Assembly: GCF_004010195.1 (NCBI RefSeq)
Contig: NC_057717.1
Coordinates: 104,308,080 to 104,365,803, forward strand
Reading direction: 5' to 3'
Length of the DNA stretch: 57,724 nucleotides
From: Chiloscyllium plagiosum
Lineage: Eukaryota
Shown: positions 39,700 to 53,950 of the stretch, one piece after another
How the letters are laid out: every line of letters begins with the position of its first letter
Numbering within the stretch: the first letter of the stretch is position 1
The notes under the pieces: generated by a model
What the model saw: only the letters and a program-made list of their open reading frames with translations
What the model was told of the DNA's origin: nothing
The model's database searches: none
Program-made: the position numbers and the translations under genes

Positions 39700-40843
39700 A
39701 GAGTGGTAGATGTGATCTATGGATTTCAGTAAGGCATTTGACAAGGTTCCCCATGGGAGACTTGTTAGCAAGGTTACAGCTCATGGAATAGTGAGAACTA
39801 GCCATTTCGATACAGAACTGGCTCAAAAGAAAAAAAAAGGTAGAAGACAGAGGGTGGTGGTGAAGGGTAGCTTTTCAGACTGGAGGCCTGTGACCAGTGG
39901 AGTGCCACAAGGATCGGTGCTGGGTCCATGTCTTTTCATTTATAGAAAAGATTTGGATAGGAGCATAAGAGGTACAGTTAGTAATTTTGCAGGTGACACC
40001 AAAATTGGAGGTGTAGTGTACAGTGAAAGATTACCTCAGTACAATGAGATCTTGATCAGATGGGCCAATGAGTGGCAGATGGAGTTTAATTTAGATAAAT
40101 GTGAGGTGCTGCATTTTGGGAAGTCAAATCTTAGCAGGATTTATACACTTAATGGTAAGATCCTAGGGAGTGTTGCTGAACAAAGACCTTGGAGTGCAAG
40201 TAGATGGGATAGTGAAGGCAGTGTTTGGTATGCTTTTTTATTGGTCAGAGTATTGAGTATAGGAGTTGGGAGGTCATGTGGCGGCTGTACAGGACATTGG
40301 TTAGGCCACTGTTGGAATATTGTGTAATTCTGGTCTCCATCCTATCAGAAAGATGTTGCAAAACTTGAAAGGGTTCAGAAAAGACTTACAACGATGATGC
40401 CAGGGTCGGAGGGTGTGAGCGCTATAGAGAGATGCTGAATAGACCATGACTGTTTTCCCTGGAGCGTCAGAGGCGGAGGGGTGACCTTGTAGAGGTTTAT
40501 AAAATCTGAGGGGCATGGACAGGATAAATAGACAGTCTTTTCCCTGAACTCCAGAACTAGAGGAGTTAGGTTTAGGGTGAGAGGGGAAAGATATAAAAGA
40601 GACCTAAGGGGCATCATTTTCATGTAGATGGTGGTACATGTATGGAATGAGCTGCCAGAGGAAGTGGTGGAGGCTGGTACAATTATAACATTTAAAAGGC
40701 ATCTGGATGGTAAGACTAGGAAGGGTTGGGAGGGATATGGGCCGGGTGCTGGAAAGTGGGACTAGATTGGGTTGGGATATCTGGTCGGCATGGACAGGTT
40801 GGACCGAAGGGTCTGTTTCCTTGCTGTACATCTGACTGTGACT
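39700..40843 (+). mobile_element. CR1/HER1-type LINE, 5'-truncated and decayed
   Basis: YMDFSKAFDKVPHGRL...GVPQGSVLGP...FAGDTK...WQMEFNLDKCEVLHFG RT motifs followed by the typical 3' UTR. Confidence 0.92.
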
Positions 40844-42014
40844 TTAAGTAGACCCACCAAATACTGGACTCCTGGATCAAGAATTATAAAAAAAGAGGGG
40901 TGGGTGGAGAAGTAGTTTCAAGTTAAATTGCACAAAAAAAGTTAACCTTTGCCCAAATAATGCCTAATCTGTGGCAGTGGAGGTCTCCGGAGACTGATAT
41001 TCTGAACTGTTTCTAATTTGGGCAACATTAGTCTAAGAGTTTGATCTTGGAGTCTGTACCCATGTATCTTTGTACCCAACATGATTTGACAATGTAATTG
41101 TCCACTTTTCACTGCACTCCAGTACCATGAGACAATGCTATTTCAATTCAGTCTGCTGCTACCACACTGTCCATCTGGTCCTCACCAAGATAAAAAAGGT
41201 TAAATTAAAACAGCCACCTGTCACATGCAAATTAAAAATGTTAATGTTAGTGACATTACTGGAATGAAAGCACAGATTCTGAAATAATCTGAATCTTCTG
41301 TAGCAATGAAGTAGGAATACACTGGCACTAACACCTCATGTTTACATGCAATTATTCAGTTAAAAAAATACCTGTAATCACCAGCATTGCACCCCAGTAT
41401 TACACAGCTCAAAGCTGTCCAGACAGCTATTATGACAGGGAAATCCTCACTGAACTAAGTGTTGACACATTTGGAGAGATTTTATGCACCAAAATATTGT
41501 AACCACTGCAGTGTTATCAGATTAAAAATTGTATCAACAGCATCTGGCAATGAACACCACTTGAGCCAGATATTTCCATAACTGCAGTGATAGCTTGTTA
41601 CACAAGTCAGAAAATAGATCACAAAATAGATGAAAGCACTAATGGAAATATCACAGCACCGGTGTCTAGTTTCAAAAGGGAAAGTGTTTTTTGTTCAAAT
41701 AAAAAAAATTCTCAGTTAAAAGATGTTGAGCTACACTGCAGTCACCAAATTACTTCCTGACAAAATCAGTTCCTGGTGTCAGCCTTGGTACAGAGCTCAA
41801 CGGGTGAATGGAGACAAAGACACTTTGCATCCGATATGTTATGTAGGTGGAGGTGATGTGTAGCGTGATGCTGAAGCCTGGTTCGATGAGCAGGATTGGT
41901 CCCCAGGTTTAAGACCTCCAAGTAGCTCTGCTGTGCAACATTCAGTATTCACTGACAGGGATAGCAATCATGAAGTGGGCTGGCTACAGTTACATTTACC
42001 CAACATCCAAACAC

Positions 42015-42650
42015 CTATGCCATGCCAGAATCAGAGACACATGCAGCAGAAACAAGCCCATTGGTCCAACTTGGACATGCTAACCATATGTTAAATTCAT
42101 CTAGTCCCACATCCCTTCCTATTCCCATCCAAGTAACTGTACCAGCCTCCACTTCCGACAGCTCTTTCCATACTGCACCACCCTCTGCGTGAATACATTG
42201 CCCCTCGGGTCCCTTTTCCCTCTCTCTAAACCAATGCTCTAGTTCTGGACTCCCCACCCCAGGGCAAAAGATCTTGACTATTCACCAAGTCCCCTCATGA
42301 CTTTTCTAAATATCCACAATGTCACTCCTTAGGTCTTCCCTGGAGCATTGAAGGCTATTTCTCCTCTCCCTTTAGCTCAAACCTTTCGAACTCGGTCCTT
42401 GAAAGGGTACAGGTACCATCTTCAATAGAAGCAGGGAGACCAGAATTGCATGCAGCCTGAAAGTGGCCTAACCAGCCACAACAACATGACCTCTCCATTC
42501 CTATATGGAATACACTACCCAATAAAACAAGCATAATAGTCACCACCTGGTCTACTTGTGACTCTACTTTCAAGGAACTTGCACTCAAGTTTTTATTCTA
42601 CAACAGTCCCAAGGGCCTTATTAATGTACAAGTCCTGCCCTGGTTTGTTT
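42015..42650 (-). mobile_element. CR1 LINE 3' fragment
   Basis: Similar to the reverse complement of 40200-40840. Confidence 0.7.
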
Positions 42651-44079
42651 TCCCAGAAGAAGGAAACTTCCTAGAATTGTTAGGCAAGCAATGGTCTTTT
42701 AGGGAGTAATTGTAAGGGGGGGGCAGGGAAGGGAAAAAAAAAAGAGAAAGATTAGATACCAAGTGCAGAATTTATCAACTTCAGTCTAAAAAAGGGATGA
42801 AGTTGACAAGAGATCTATTTGTAGCAGATTTTTTTTAAAAAAACGGTGCAACTGAACCAACATAATTATTAGCCAAAACACCAGCCAACACCCCTGCCCC
42901 AAACACATGGGGTTATGGGTGGAAAGAAAGACTAGGGAGGCAGTTGAAGTGGTCCTTGTTCAGAGGATCCTTGACCCATCAGAACTTGCTGTTTCAAGCT
43001 CCCAAGTACTTCACTTACAGTAAGCACAGAACAAATCGTTCACATGTTATAAAGTCTCTGACAAGAGTTTAAAAAGCTACAACTTATAGCAACCGATGAG
43101 AATAAACTGGCTTTCAGGTTGGAGGTTGAGACCAGGAAGGGGAGGCCATTCAGTCCCTCTATTCAATCTAAATGGGGTGATTAATTGTCACACCAAATGG
43201 GACTTGGACTTCAAGGTCCTGTGCTGTAGTAATTTAAGGGAGGCCTTGGTTTTGCTGAGGAATAGTTGGTCTTAAATCTTTAGTCCTGGTGAAGCAGTTT
43301 GGCATGGTCCTCCATTTGTCCATGAATTGACCCCATGTTGTGAAAACAGTCCAACAGCTTTAAAACAAGATAAAAGTGCAGCTTCAACTCATTCCAAGTC
43401 AAGAATCACTTAACTGAGGAAGGCATTGATCAGTTGTCTGTAGTATCAGAATATGGAAAAGCCTGATGACTTGCCATGAGCAAGTAGATTGGAAAACACT
43501 TGTGGGCTGGAAGTGGATTTGAATGCATTCAAAATTTCTCCCATGCAAAATTGCTACCAACTGCATTCACACAGCAAGACGCCATTTACATTTGGACTGG
43601 TTTCCATGGATGTGGCAACCATGTTAAATTACCCTCTTCACAAGCCACTCCTTTCATTGAAAACAGCATGCTCCTCCCAAAGTCAAGAGGGCAAGATTGT
43701 AAAGGGGTTAGCCACAATTTCCACCCTCAGTCCCTTGGCACATTTTATCCTAATGAGTTAGTTGCAGCCAGCTAAGTGTGATAAGCTCAGATTTTTGTTG
43801 CTGTCTGACATAGCACTAACCACTCAGACTACTGCTGCCAGAGACACTGGTCAGGAAGCACACCCAGACAAAGTCAATATTGATGATTGATAGACAGTTT
43901 CTGTACAACTGGGAGAAAATTAAAGACATTAAAACAAATTCAGAGGCAAGATCGAAAGTCAATCGTGCCAGTTCCACTGGGAACATGAGCAAATCTTCAC
44001 TGAGAATTATGGCTGTGAGGATCGGACATTGACTTCATGTTGAGCAGAGAGGCAGGAAGCATTAACTATGCAAAAAAAA

Positions 44080-44340
44080 AGTGCGGACTGGCTGATGCTG
44101 GAAACCAGAGTTTAGATCTGAGTGGTGCTGGAAAAGCACAGGTGGTCAGGCAACATCTGAGGAACAGGGGAAAAAAAAAAATTGGACATTTCGGGCAAAA
44201 GCCTTCATCAGGAAGGGAGACAGGAAGCCTCGAGGGTGGAGAGATAATGGGGGTGGGGCTGGGGAGAAAGCATCCAAGAGTACAATGGGTGAATGGGGTG
44301 GGAATGGAGGTGATGGTCAGAGAGGGGGTGGGGGTGAGGG
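44080..44340 (-). mobile_element. PLE 3' terminal repeat fragment
   Basis: Same short family, with hammerhead-like core at 44185-44211. Further single-arm copies at ~4850-4965, 11196-11285, 14510-14590 and 26785-26890. Confidence 0.7.
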
Positions 44341-44714
44341 CGGAAGTGTTAACTGAAGAGTTCAGAAATTATTCTTCTCGCAATTTGGGGGCAGAGGGCA
44401 AAGCAGTTAGAGGTTTAAAAAACCAACCAGCAAGTGGCTAGACTTTAGTGACTGTCTAGGGGCAACGTTCAAAGTCAAGCCAGAACAGGATTTTCTGGAT
44501 TGTGCTTCTTGTTGGTCAAAGCCAAGCTAGTGCAGCTACTGGAAGATCAGGGGTCTCAGTCCATCCTCCATGAGCCTAGCCCCTGGCAATCCTGCCAGTC
44601 CAAATGACATAGGCACCAACTGTGAATTTTACACACTGGTGTGGTAGGGCAATACCGGAGGATAGCAAAGTCACAAGGGTCACAACTTTTAAAAAAAAGT
44701 ACAGAGAAACCACC

Positions 44715-44982
44715 TAGATTAGATTAGTGTGGACACAGGCCCTTCGGCACAAGTCCACACCGACCTGCCAAAGAGCAACCCACCCAGACCCATTCCCCTA
44801 CACCTAAACACTACAGGCAGTTTAGCATGGCCAATTCACCTGACCGGCACATCTTTGGACTGTGGGAGGAAACCCACGCAGACACTGGGAGAATGTGCAG
44901 ATTCCACACAGACAATTGCCTGAGGTGGGAATTGAACTCAGGTCTCTGGCACTGAGGCAGCAGTGCTAACCACTGTGCTGCC
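44715..44982 (-). mobile_element. HE1-type SINE
   Basis: Colinear with 4277-4608, including head and tail. Confidence 0.85.
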
Positions 44983-45224
44983 CCTACAGGCTGACCTCAG
45001 ATGGAAGGAGAAAGTATCATTTAGTGTCAACTACAATCTCGTATAGGTTCAGCATCACTGCAAGGGGCAGGATATGTACAGAATCCTGGGTTTGAATAAA
45101 ACCAGACAGCACAAATTAAGAATGGTGAAAATACTGGTTCATCTCAAGTGGAGCACAGGCCAATCCTGGGCAATTCACTGGGACAATGTGAAGGCATTGA
45201 GGGTGCAGGAAAGATTCAAACGGT

Positions 45225-45840
45225 GCAGCAGGCAGTGAGGAAAGCTAATGGCATCCTGGCCTTCACAGCCAGCGCTTGGAGTATTGGAGTAGGGAGGTTT
45301 TGTTGCAGTTATACAGGGCCTTGGTGAGGCCACACCTAGAGTATTTGTAGTTGAGTCAGAGGAGAGACCTTCTTGCTATCGAGTGAGTCCAGTAAAGGTT
45401 CACCAGACTGATTTAAGATTGGGTTAACTGGGCTTATACTCACTGGTATTTAGAAGAATTGTTGGTGGTAGGGTGGGGGAGAAGAGATCAGATCCATACA
45501 AAACTCCTGATGGGACTGGTCTGGCTGGATGCAGGAAGAATGTTATGTTGGCAAAGTCCAGAATTTAGGATTACAATCTAAAAATGAGGTAAACTGTTCA
45601 GGACTGACAAAGAATTGCTTCACTTAGTTCTGAAGTGATGAAATTCTCCCACAGAAAGACACTGGAGATGTTTGTCAGATTATATTCAAGAGAGCCCTTG
45701 CAGCAAAAAGAGATCAATGGGTGTGGAGAGAAAAAAAAACGTGGAGGGATTTACAGACTTGGCATGATCAGCCATTAACATGGCATGGTGGGACAGACTC
45801 AAAGGGCCGAATGGCCTACTCTAGCACCCATTCTGGGTTT
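45225..45840 (+). mobile_element. CR1 LINE 3' fragment
   Basis: LLQLYRALVRPHLEY remnant at ~45300-45345. Confidence 0.75.
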
Positions 45841-47575
45841 CTAAAGGACGGTGCAGAGGCCAACTGATCAGTGTTAAGGGGATGTGTTTCTCTTATTCAG
45901 AGCCTTTGACTTCACTTCACACGCAAAGAGGGTCAAAGGGGTCCACCTACCGTTACAGGCTTTAATTAAACTGTTTGCAGAAGTCAGTGTGCATGAATTG
46001 CACCTTGTGAGAAACCTTGAGAGAAGGACCCAACACCATGGGGCAACTGCAGAGTTATGACCTGCACTTAGCCAGCAGGTTTGATAGCCTTCTAAACGTG
46101 AAGTGTTGAGAGACAGCCAACAAAAAGTTGTCTGAAATGTAGCTACCAGCAAATCCCATGGAATTCTTGGATGTGGGCAGAGGGATATTTGCCTCAGACA
46201 CTGGGAAATGGCCCCTCAATCCTCAAGTTATTCATTACTTGAATACTCTACTTCTAATCATTCTATCCTTTTGAAGGAGAGAAATTTCTGTATTAATCAG
46301 CACCTAGTCTTGTTCCCCCTTCAAAATCAAAGCTTCTCCACCAGCTGACTCCTTGCCAAGTAGATACATTTCAAAGTTCACCTTATTCCCCACCTTTATG
46401 GCCTTAGCCTTCCATTTCTAGCCATCCCCACCAAAACCTGTGTCCATGCCAATTCTAAACCAGCTTTCTGTATCAAGAGACATTACTTGTTGGTGGCCAT
46501 TCACAGTTCTGAGATCCCCAGCCTGCACTTCTCCCCAGCTTCCCACAAACAGGCTCCCTAAAACCAACTCATGAATCTCACATCGGGGTCATCAAACCCA
46601 ACATCCTCTGCAGCTTGTTTTGTAGTGCTCCCAGGAAACTTGGGATTCAGTGTATGATCATTCCTTCAAAAATAAGATTAGCAATGTTTGAGAATGAAAG
46701 TAGTGATTAGCTAGAGCTCAAATTTTGGGGGGGGGGGGGGGGGGGGAATAAGAGGGGGAGTCTTCCCATAGAAATTGGGAGACCCAAGGTAGAACAAGTT
46801 AGCACCTCAAAGGTGAGGCAACTAACAGGAATAAAGTAGCAGGCAAGTAGAGATGATGGGTTTGGACAAAGCTATGATTCAGTGTACTGAAATTAATAAG
46901 CCTAAGTGTTTCAAAATTCTGTAATACAAGTGCAGATTAACTACTTGTTCCAAGCCATTTTAAATAATCATAAAATTAATCAGGACAGATTTAAAAGGAC
47001 AACTCAGCCTATATTAAATTGGGGCCAGTTATATTTGACACATTTAGTCTTGTGCCATGTACAAAAATTAAAATTCAGCTCCAACATTGTGACAGATTTG
47101 TTACACATTAAAAACCCATACAATTGCCATAGCAAGGGAAGGATTCTACAGTTAGTAATTACATAGACCTTTCAAGAGTATTAGAGTGTTGTATTCAGCC
47201 AGAAAATATTATGGGATGTGGGCAATATGGAGTAAGGGGATTGTTTATAAAAAAAACAGGTGCAACAGGAATCCTCCCCATGGATAGTGGTCTCTGGAAT
47301 TTCCCTACCTCAATGCTAGGTTGCTGATAGAAGGAAACTAGATTGCAAATCCACATGGAGGGCTAAAAGATGACAGCACAAAAAAGGAGTGGAGACCTGG
47401 GACAGAGCAGGCTTGACAGGCTGGATGGCCTACTCCTGTTCCCAATTCTTAGTCTAGCTTCCAGTCCAGATTGGCAAATGATTAGATTTCAAATTCAAAG
47501 GACCTGCATGGGCTTTTAAATTGCTACGCCCATTATATTGGTTATGGTGGCAGGTTGGTGATGTGCATTACAATC

Positions 47576-47851
47576 AGATTCCCTACACAGTGCAGAGAGA
47601 GGACATTTGGCCCATGAAGTCTGTTGACCCTCAAGAACATCTCATACAGACCCTATCCCCATAACCCTACATTTCCCATGGCTAACCCACCTTGCTTGTG
47701 CATCTTCGGCCTGTGGGGAGGAAAGAAGAGCACCTGGAGGAAGCCCAGAGACATGGGACAGATTAGCAAACTCCACAAAAAGTTTCCCAAGGCTGGAATT
47801 GAACCCAGGTCCCTAGTGCTGACAGGCAGCAGTGCTAACCACTGAGCCACC
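47576..47851 (-). mobile_element. HE1-type SINE (diverged)
   Basis: tRNA head (gaacccagg..ggcagcagtgctaaccactgagccacc on +) and body similar to 4277-4608. Confidence 0.8.
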
Positions 47852-50580
47852 ATGAAGTCTATGGTAAACAGACAAAAGGCTGATGGAGAATTCCAAATTT
47901 CAGGCATTAGTGAAAGGCAGTTGCCAATCCTGGAGCTGGGAGAACAGGGAGGAGATATATTAAGGAATTTCCTTCATACAGATTGTGATCAAGCATCATG
48001 TTTGATAAAAATGTTAGAATTTCACTGCTATGATCTTGAAGATTAGACTTAAAGTGTTTGTCTTAACTGCAAGTGATTTTGAACAGGATTAGAGTCCTCA
48101 AATTAGTATCTTAGTTATGCAATGCCCCAAAATATTACCTTGCACAAATTTTACATGGGCAAATTCAGGCCATTGGATAATTAGGATACTATTTGAGGAC
48201 TAATCACTAATAGAACAAGCTATGTTGCAATAGAAAATTGGGTTGGAGCTAAGCCATCCAATATGTTCCAATTAACAGGAAGTTAAAAACAGGTCAGTAC
48301 ACTAGTTACTTACCAGCTCTGGTCATGTCACTGCCCATCCCCACATCAGCTCCTTGTATCTTAACAAGATGAGAGAGTCTACGTGCAGGCAGTTCAAGTC
48401 TCGGGCTAAACAGACAGCTTCAGTTTCCTTCTCCCAGCCAAAACTGGCTCCGTATCAGACCAAAGCACAGAATATCAAGAGATAGCTCAACATTGTATAA
48501 TTTGAGTACAGTCAAATGAACATGCAGTGCCTGTTTAACAATGTTGCCACTCAAGAGGTAACTGCCAATTGATTGGACAATTCTGGATGGATCACATGAC
48601 CTCCCCATTGGAAGTTCAATGTGACCAACTTTAGCCAATTGGCAAGTGAACAATTACCCAACTGAGCACTTGCAAATTGAGAATTTCTCATCTCAATGGT
48701 TACAAAAGTAATCAAAAATTCTTTAAAAAAACAATTTTATGCCCTTACTTTCCTCATGGGTTCCTCCCAGGGAGGGAGACTGTCATTTACAAGCTGGAAG
48801 TTGGTAAACCTACAAGGGATTTTGTTCCCCTTGGTTACCGGGGGTCAGATCACTGCTTCAGATACTGTCAGCAGCCAAAGATGACAGGAGGTTATCCTGC
48901 TAATGGTGGTGTGGGCCTGCAATCAAACTTTGCTTGTGGACAGGTTACAAAAACCCATCATTCACTAACTAGATTAAAACGCAAAGTTCAACTCCAGGAC
49001 AGAAAGCAATTTCACAACATAGCACATAGACCCCAGGCTGAAGCTCTGTCCTATTACATTGTACACAACACATTAAAACAAGAGGCTAACATTAAATTGC
49101 TGACTTCATACAAGTTCAGTTAAATTGCACAGATGAAGCTGCTCATTTTGACAGAACAAGAATGATTTAAACGCAAATATGGTCGTTTCTCCAATGGAGA
49201 AATCATCATGGGCCAAAGCCTTGACTGAAAGTTATGTTCATAATGCTTCCCTTAAAATTCCTCCTCCTCAGCCCAAACTGTTAGGAGGTAACGTACACCA
49301 AAGTTGGATGGAATCTTTACACACCATAGCAACTGTTCCCACTGATTTCACTAGGGAAAGTAAACCTGTCAATCTTGTTGCGACCTCCTGGTCCAGATCA
49401 GAGAGTCAACAGGACAAAACTGATGCAACACAAGTCTAACTAGATTTCATTGAACAGCAGTTCGAGATGGAGATTAAAAACTGAACTCCTTCAGTTTAAA
49501 AGAAAAAAAATCAGCCTTTCACAAAATGAATTCATTTTAATTGCAAACAGGCTCAAAGACATTGAAGATGCAATCTGTTCTTGGTCAGAATCTCCTGTCT
49601 GCTTGATATCACACGAGAGCGAAAGAGAATTCACTGCTGAGCGAATCTTCCTCCTCCCTTCTCCCTCCCCCTTCACTAGGATTAATGGCTGGCTATAGAC
49701 CCGAGTGTAGGTTTGACATGGTGTGTCACAACTAGTTAAGCTGCAGAATCTGAAGCAGTAATTTGCAAGGTAGATTCTTAGCTGCAGTTCTCATCCAAAG
49801 CAACAAACTGATGGAAAACCCCTCCCAGTCCTACAAACCAATCCCTGCAGTTGAATTTTCACTGCAAAAGTAAATCTGTTCCAAATAACAGTCATAAAAA
49901 GGATGAGAACAGAATGCACCATCTGTTACTTGGTAGGATTCTGTTATGCAAGGCTTTCAGGACCATGCAACAATCTTGTGATGTCATGCCACTAACCTTA
50001 AATAGGACAGTTTGTATGGAGCTGGAACGTCACTTTAGAGGAACACCATTACTCTACAATCTCAATAGAGAGAGAGTCCCATGGACTCGGTGGACATGAA
50101 CCCAAGACTGTAAATGAATCATTACCCAATGACAAAAAACCAACCTGGTCTATTAGTATGTATCTGTGGTATACATGTAGAAAAATGTTACTGTTCTGTC
50201 TAAATCTGACAAAGATCTTGGCTTTGCCTCAAGGAGTTTGTAAAAAGAACCCCAAATGCAGCTCAAATCCAAAATGAAGGGCCAGAGTTGGCTGCCACTC
50301 TAATGCACAACTCCACATACAAGGGAAGGGGTACACTAGGGACACCCAGTTATTCAGCTCACTCAATGGAAAAGGAGGGTCTGAAAGCATTTTAGATATG
50401 GTAATGAACTGATACCAAATCAGCAATGTTAAGATTGGTGACAAGAGCTCAGTCAAGTTTCAAGGTAGCAACTTTGTTCCTTTTTGTTTTGTACTAAAGT
50501 TTGGAAGCCATGCACCTGAAGGTACAGCTATAGGTAGAGACATTAAAATGGGAAAGCTGAGAGAATAGGAGCGTCAAGAT

Positions 50581-51745
50581 CAGAGGAAGTGGTGGAGGCT
50601 GATGCAACATTTAAGAGGCATTTGGATGGGTATATGAATAGGAAGGGTTTGGAAGGATATGGTCCGGGTGCTGGCTGGTGAGACTAGATTGGGTTGGGAT
50701 ATCTGGTGAGCACGGATGCATTGGACCGAAGGGGCTGTTTCTGTACTATACAGCTGACTCTATAATGGCGATCTGATACTTTGCCTTTGAGCTTGGTTTG
50801 GGGGATAAACATTGGTACAAGCCTGAGATCTCCCTTAAACAAGGCCATGGGAGCTTTGTAATGCTGGAAGGGTGCGGAACTGAAGGGAAGTAATTACTTA
50901 TAAAACAGGATTGCTCCTGGGTTTTGTTTGAGACTCTGTACAAATTCAAGGGCTAATGAGGCAATCTCTCAAATAATCTGACATTAAAAAATGTGCATTG
51001 AATTTAAAAAAAGGTAGAGTGCAAAGAAACCCAATCATGACTCCTCACTGGGAGTACTTTATATTGTACATCACTCCCATTCCTGAGGTGGTGGTTTTTA
51101 CATTAGGCATCTTCATCCTTGCATCTGTAGCTAACCAAACAGAGACTGGCTCCATTGGATAGTTGGCCATTAGAATGGCTTTATTTTGCCAGAAAATGAA
51201 TTTTCAGCATAAAATAACCTATTTCAAAAATTCTCAATGTTTGTCTGTCTTGTATCAAATGCTGCTTGTTTAATGTTGCCTTTGCCCAGTAAAGGGAGAA
51301 GTGTGGTTTATTTCTATCCCCCCCCCCACCTCCCAACCTATTGGATTATGATGATAAAAATCGACAATGATGATGTCTGGCAAAATATCTCCTGGATGGA
51401 GTCCTTGGGCCTTATCCCTCCTGATTATTGCCAGCCCTTCCCTTCAATTCCACACCCTTCCAACATTACAAAGCTCACATGGCATTGTTTAAGGGAGATC
51501 TCAGGCTTGTACCAATGTTTATCCCTCAACCAAGCTCAAAGGCAAAGTATCAGATCGCCATTATAGAGTCAGCTGTATAGTACAGAAACAGACCCTTCGG
51601 TCCAACGCATCCGTGCCCACCAGATATCCCAACCCAATCTAATCCCACCAGCCAGCACCCGGCCCATATCCTTCCAAACCCTTCCTATTCATATACCCAT
51701 CCAAATGCCTCTTAAATGTTGCATCAGCCTCCACCACTTCCTCTG
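50581..51745. repeat. inverted duplication, arms 50581-50890 and 51437-51745
   Basis: Arms are reverse complements over ~310 bp with scattered mismatches and include ~130 bp that is not CR1. Confidence 0.92.
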
Positions 51746-53705
51746 GCAGCTCATTCCATACACATATCACCCTCTGAGAAAAAGTTGCCCCGTGGGTCTC
51801 ATCTTTCCCTTCTCACCCTAAACCTATGCCCTCTAGTTCTGGACTCCTCTACCCTGGGTGGGATCTGCATATATGAAGAGTTTCTCAGATGCTACCTGAT
51901 GTGTAGCAAGAGAGAGACTAGCACTCAAAAGCACTTCATTAACTAAAACCACTCATCTGTACACAAGAGACATTAAAGGAAATTCATGCCAGTCACCCAC
52001 ATTCCATAAAACTCAGTTTGAGAAAAAAAACAGGTTAAGCACTGGCTGCAGAAGCTAAAATAAAACCAATCTACAGACTGAAGTCACAGACTTTAATTAG
52101 ACCAATTAAGTTGGTGATTAGTTTCAGCTAATCAAGGGAGTCTCACCTGGATCAGATTTATAAAACATGAATTCCTCTCAGATTAACAAGGGCTGCACTC
52201 TAACCCTTTACTTCCAAAGTATTAAACATGAACTTGGACCACTTAACTCCAAAAGTAGATTAGAGGGAGATTACAGCACAGGCTCCTGACATGATGCAGA
52301 ATTCATTGTAGTCCACAGAGTGTGGGTGTGGGTGGGATGGGATGCTCAGTCTATACACTAATTGATTATGTCAACTCCAAACTGAGACAAGCTTCTCCCA
52401 GAGAGCTCATGTACTCCAGGGAGGGAGAGAGAGTCACAAGGGAAGGGAGGGGATAATGGAAAGCAGGTAAAATACATTGTTCTCCATTTAGATCAGCAGC
52501 AAGAAACATTTACTGATCAGCTACAGAAAATGGCAACAATGGAGTTAGCAAGATGAAACCTATGGGGATGGCTTCCTTTAAAAAAAGAGAGCAGGAGAAC
52601 TGCTTGACAAGGAGAGGCAGCAAGATCAGCCCGTTTAACATATAGGACCATAGCAAAACAAGCTGCCTTATTAAACATCCTCCACCCCCAACTGATGGGA
52701 ATCAAGGATTTTGCCTGATTGCACTAGCCATTTCAAAGTTAGAAACACACTAAATGGTTAAACACTGAACTCAAACACTTCTGTACTGGAATCTCAACTG
52801 TATACACCAGGAAGGGGAACAAATAGTAGCCTCCACAACTTAAGAGGCAATTAAATAATTTCAGAACAGATCATGCCAGTTGGGAATCAACCTCCAGATT
52901 TAACTCTTTCAAAAGATCCAGAAACCATTCAAGTTCTTCACTGAATGAAGAAAACCAACCTCCAACAGCTTAAAAGATAAAGGGGCTGTTTATAAAACCC
53001 AGAACTAAAGAGGGAATACATAACAAACCAAGAGGTTAGCATAATATTTTGTTAGGGACACGAGCAAAGCTCCCTAAGTCAGTATACAGCTAAAACTTCA
53101 CCTTTAGTTATCCAGTGTAATTATAGAAAGAGGGGTATAACAGCTCAGCTGGCATTCCTTCTACTAAACAAGGCCTTGACAATAAATCAGGTTTAAGCTT
53201 CTGCAACAAAAGTGCTTCAAAAATTAAGAGCTGTGCATTAAAATTCCAGTTACACATTCACAACAAATTCAGAGTAGGGTAAGGGGCAAAAATCTCTGAA
53301 TGATCAAGAGATAGGTTACAATCTTGGCAATATTCCTCTTTCACAGCCAGGAGTTACAATAAAAGATTTACATAGTACACAAACCTTTCAACATCAACCC
53401 CCACCCCAGGGAATGCCACTACAGTTTAAAAAAAAGTGAGGCTTTTAAATAAATAAAAAATTTCAATTCATTTGTTAAAAAAAAACAATAAGCAGTCCAC
53501 TAACTATTTAGCCACACAGCTTTAAGAGCTAGAAATCAAATCCCATTTTACAATTCAGTGCCCATGCACTTTGCAGAGCATCACCTCCCCCTCATTGAAT
53601 TACTCACTCTCTTTCTCTCTTCCCCCACCATTACCAGAATCCAGCAAGATAAAAGCAACATAGCAGAGCATTACATTACAGCAGAGTAAACATAAGCAAA
53701 CTCAC

Positions 53706-53950
53706 CTGCCTCGACTCCTCCAATCTCACAAAGACTGAGCAGCCTGCTACCAGCCAGAGAAGGGAGGGGAGGGAACACAGACACAAGCTCCTGGTAGGCA
53801 GGATTAGAGTAGGGACTGCACTCATCAAATCAGAAGCCCCATAATAACATGCTGATATCACAGCCAATTAGATTGTACCTCAAATCTGAGCCAATGAGGT
53901 AATCTTTTTGATGTGGACAATACTCAATTAGAATTGACCGACAGGATTGG
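53706..53950 (-). promoter_or_regulatory. probable promoter and non-coding first exon of the PRR36-like gene
   Basis: Perfect donor CAG|GTGAGT on - (exon end 53706). Three CCAAT-type boxes just upstream (53864-53868, 53891-53895, ATTGG 53946-53950) in repeat-free sequence. The first coding exon has its own acceptor, so an upstream exon is required. Confidence 0.5.

Noticed and set aside
46726..46746. Poly-G tracts (also 30887-30908, ~34024-34040) as G-quadruplex signals
   Set aside because: Simple homopolymers, error-prone in assembly, with no functional context.
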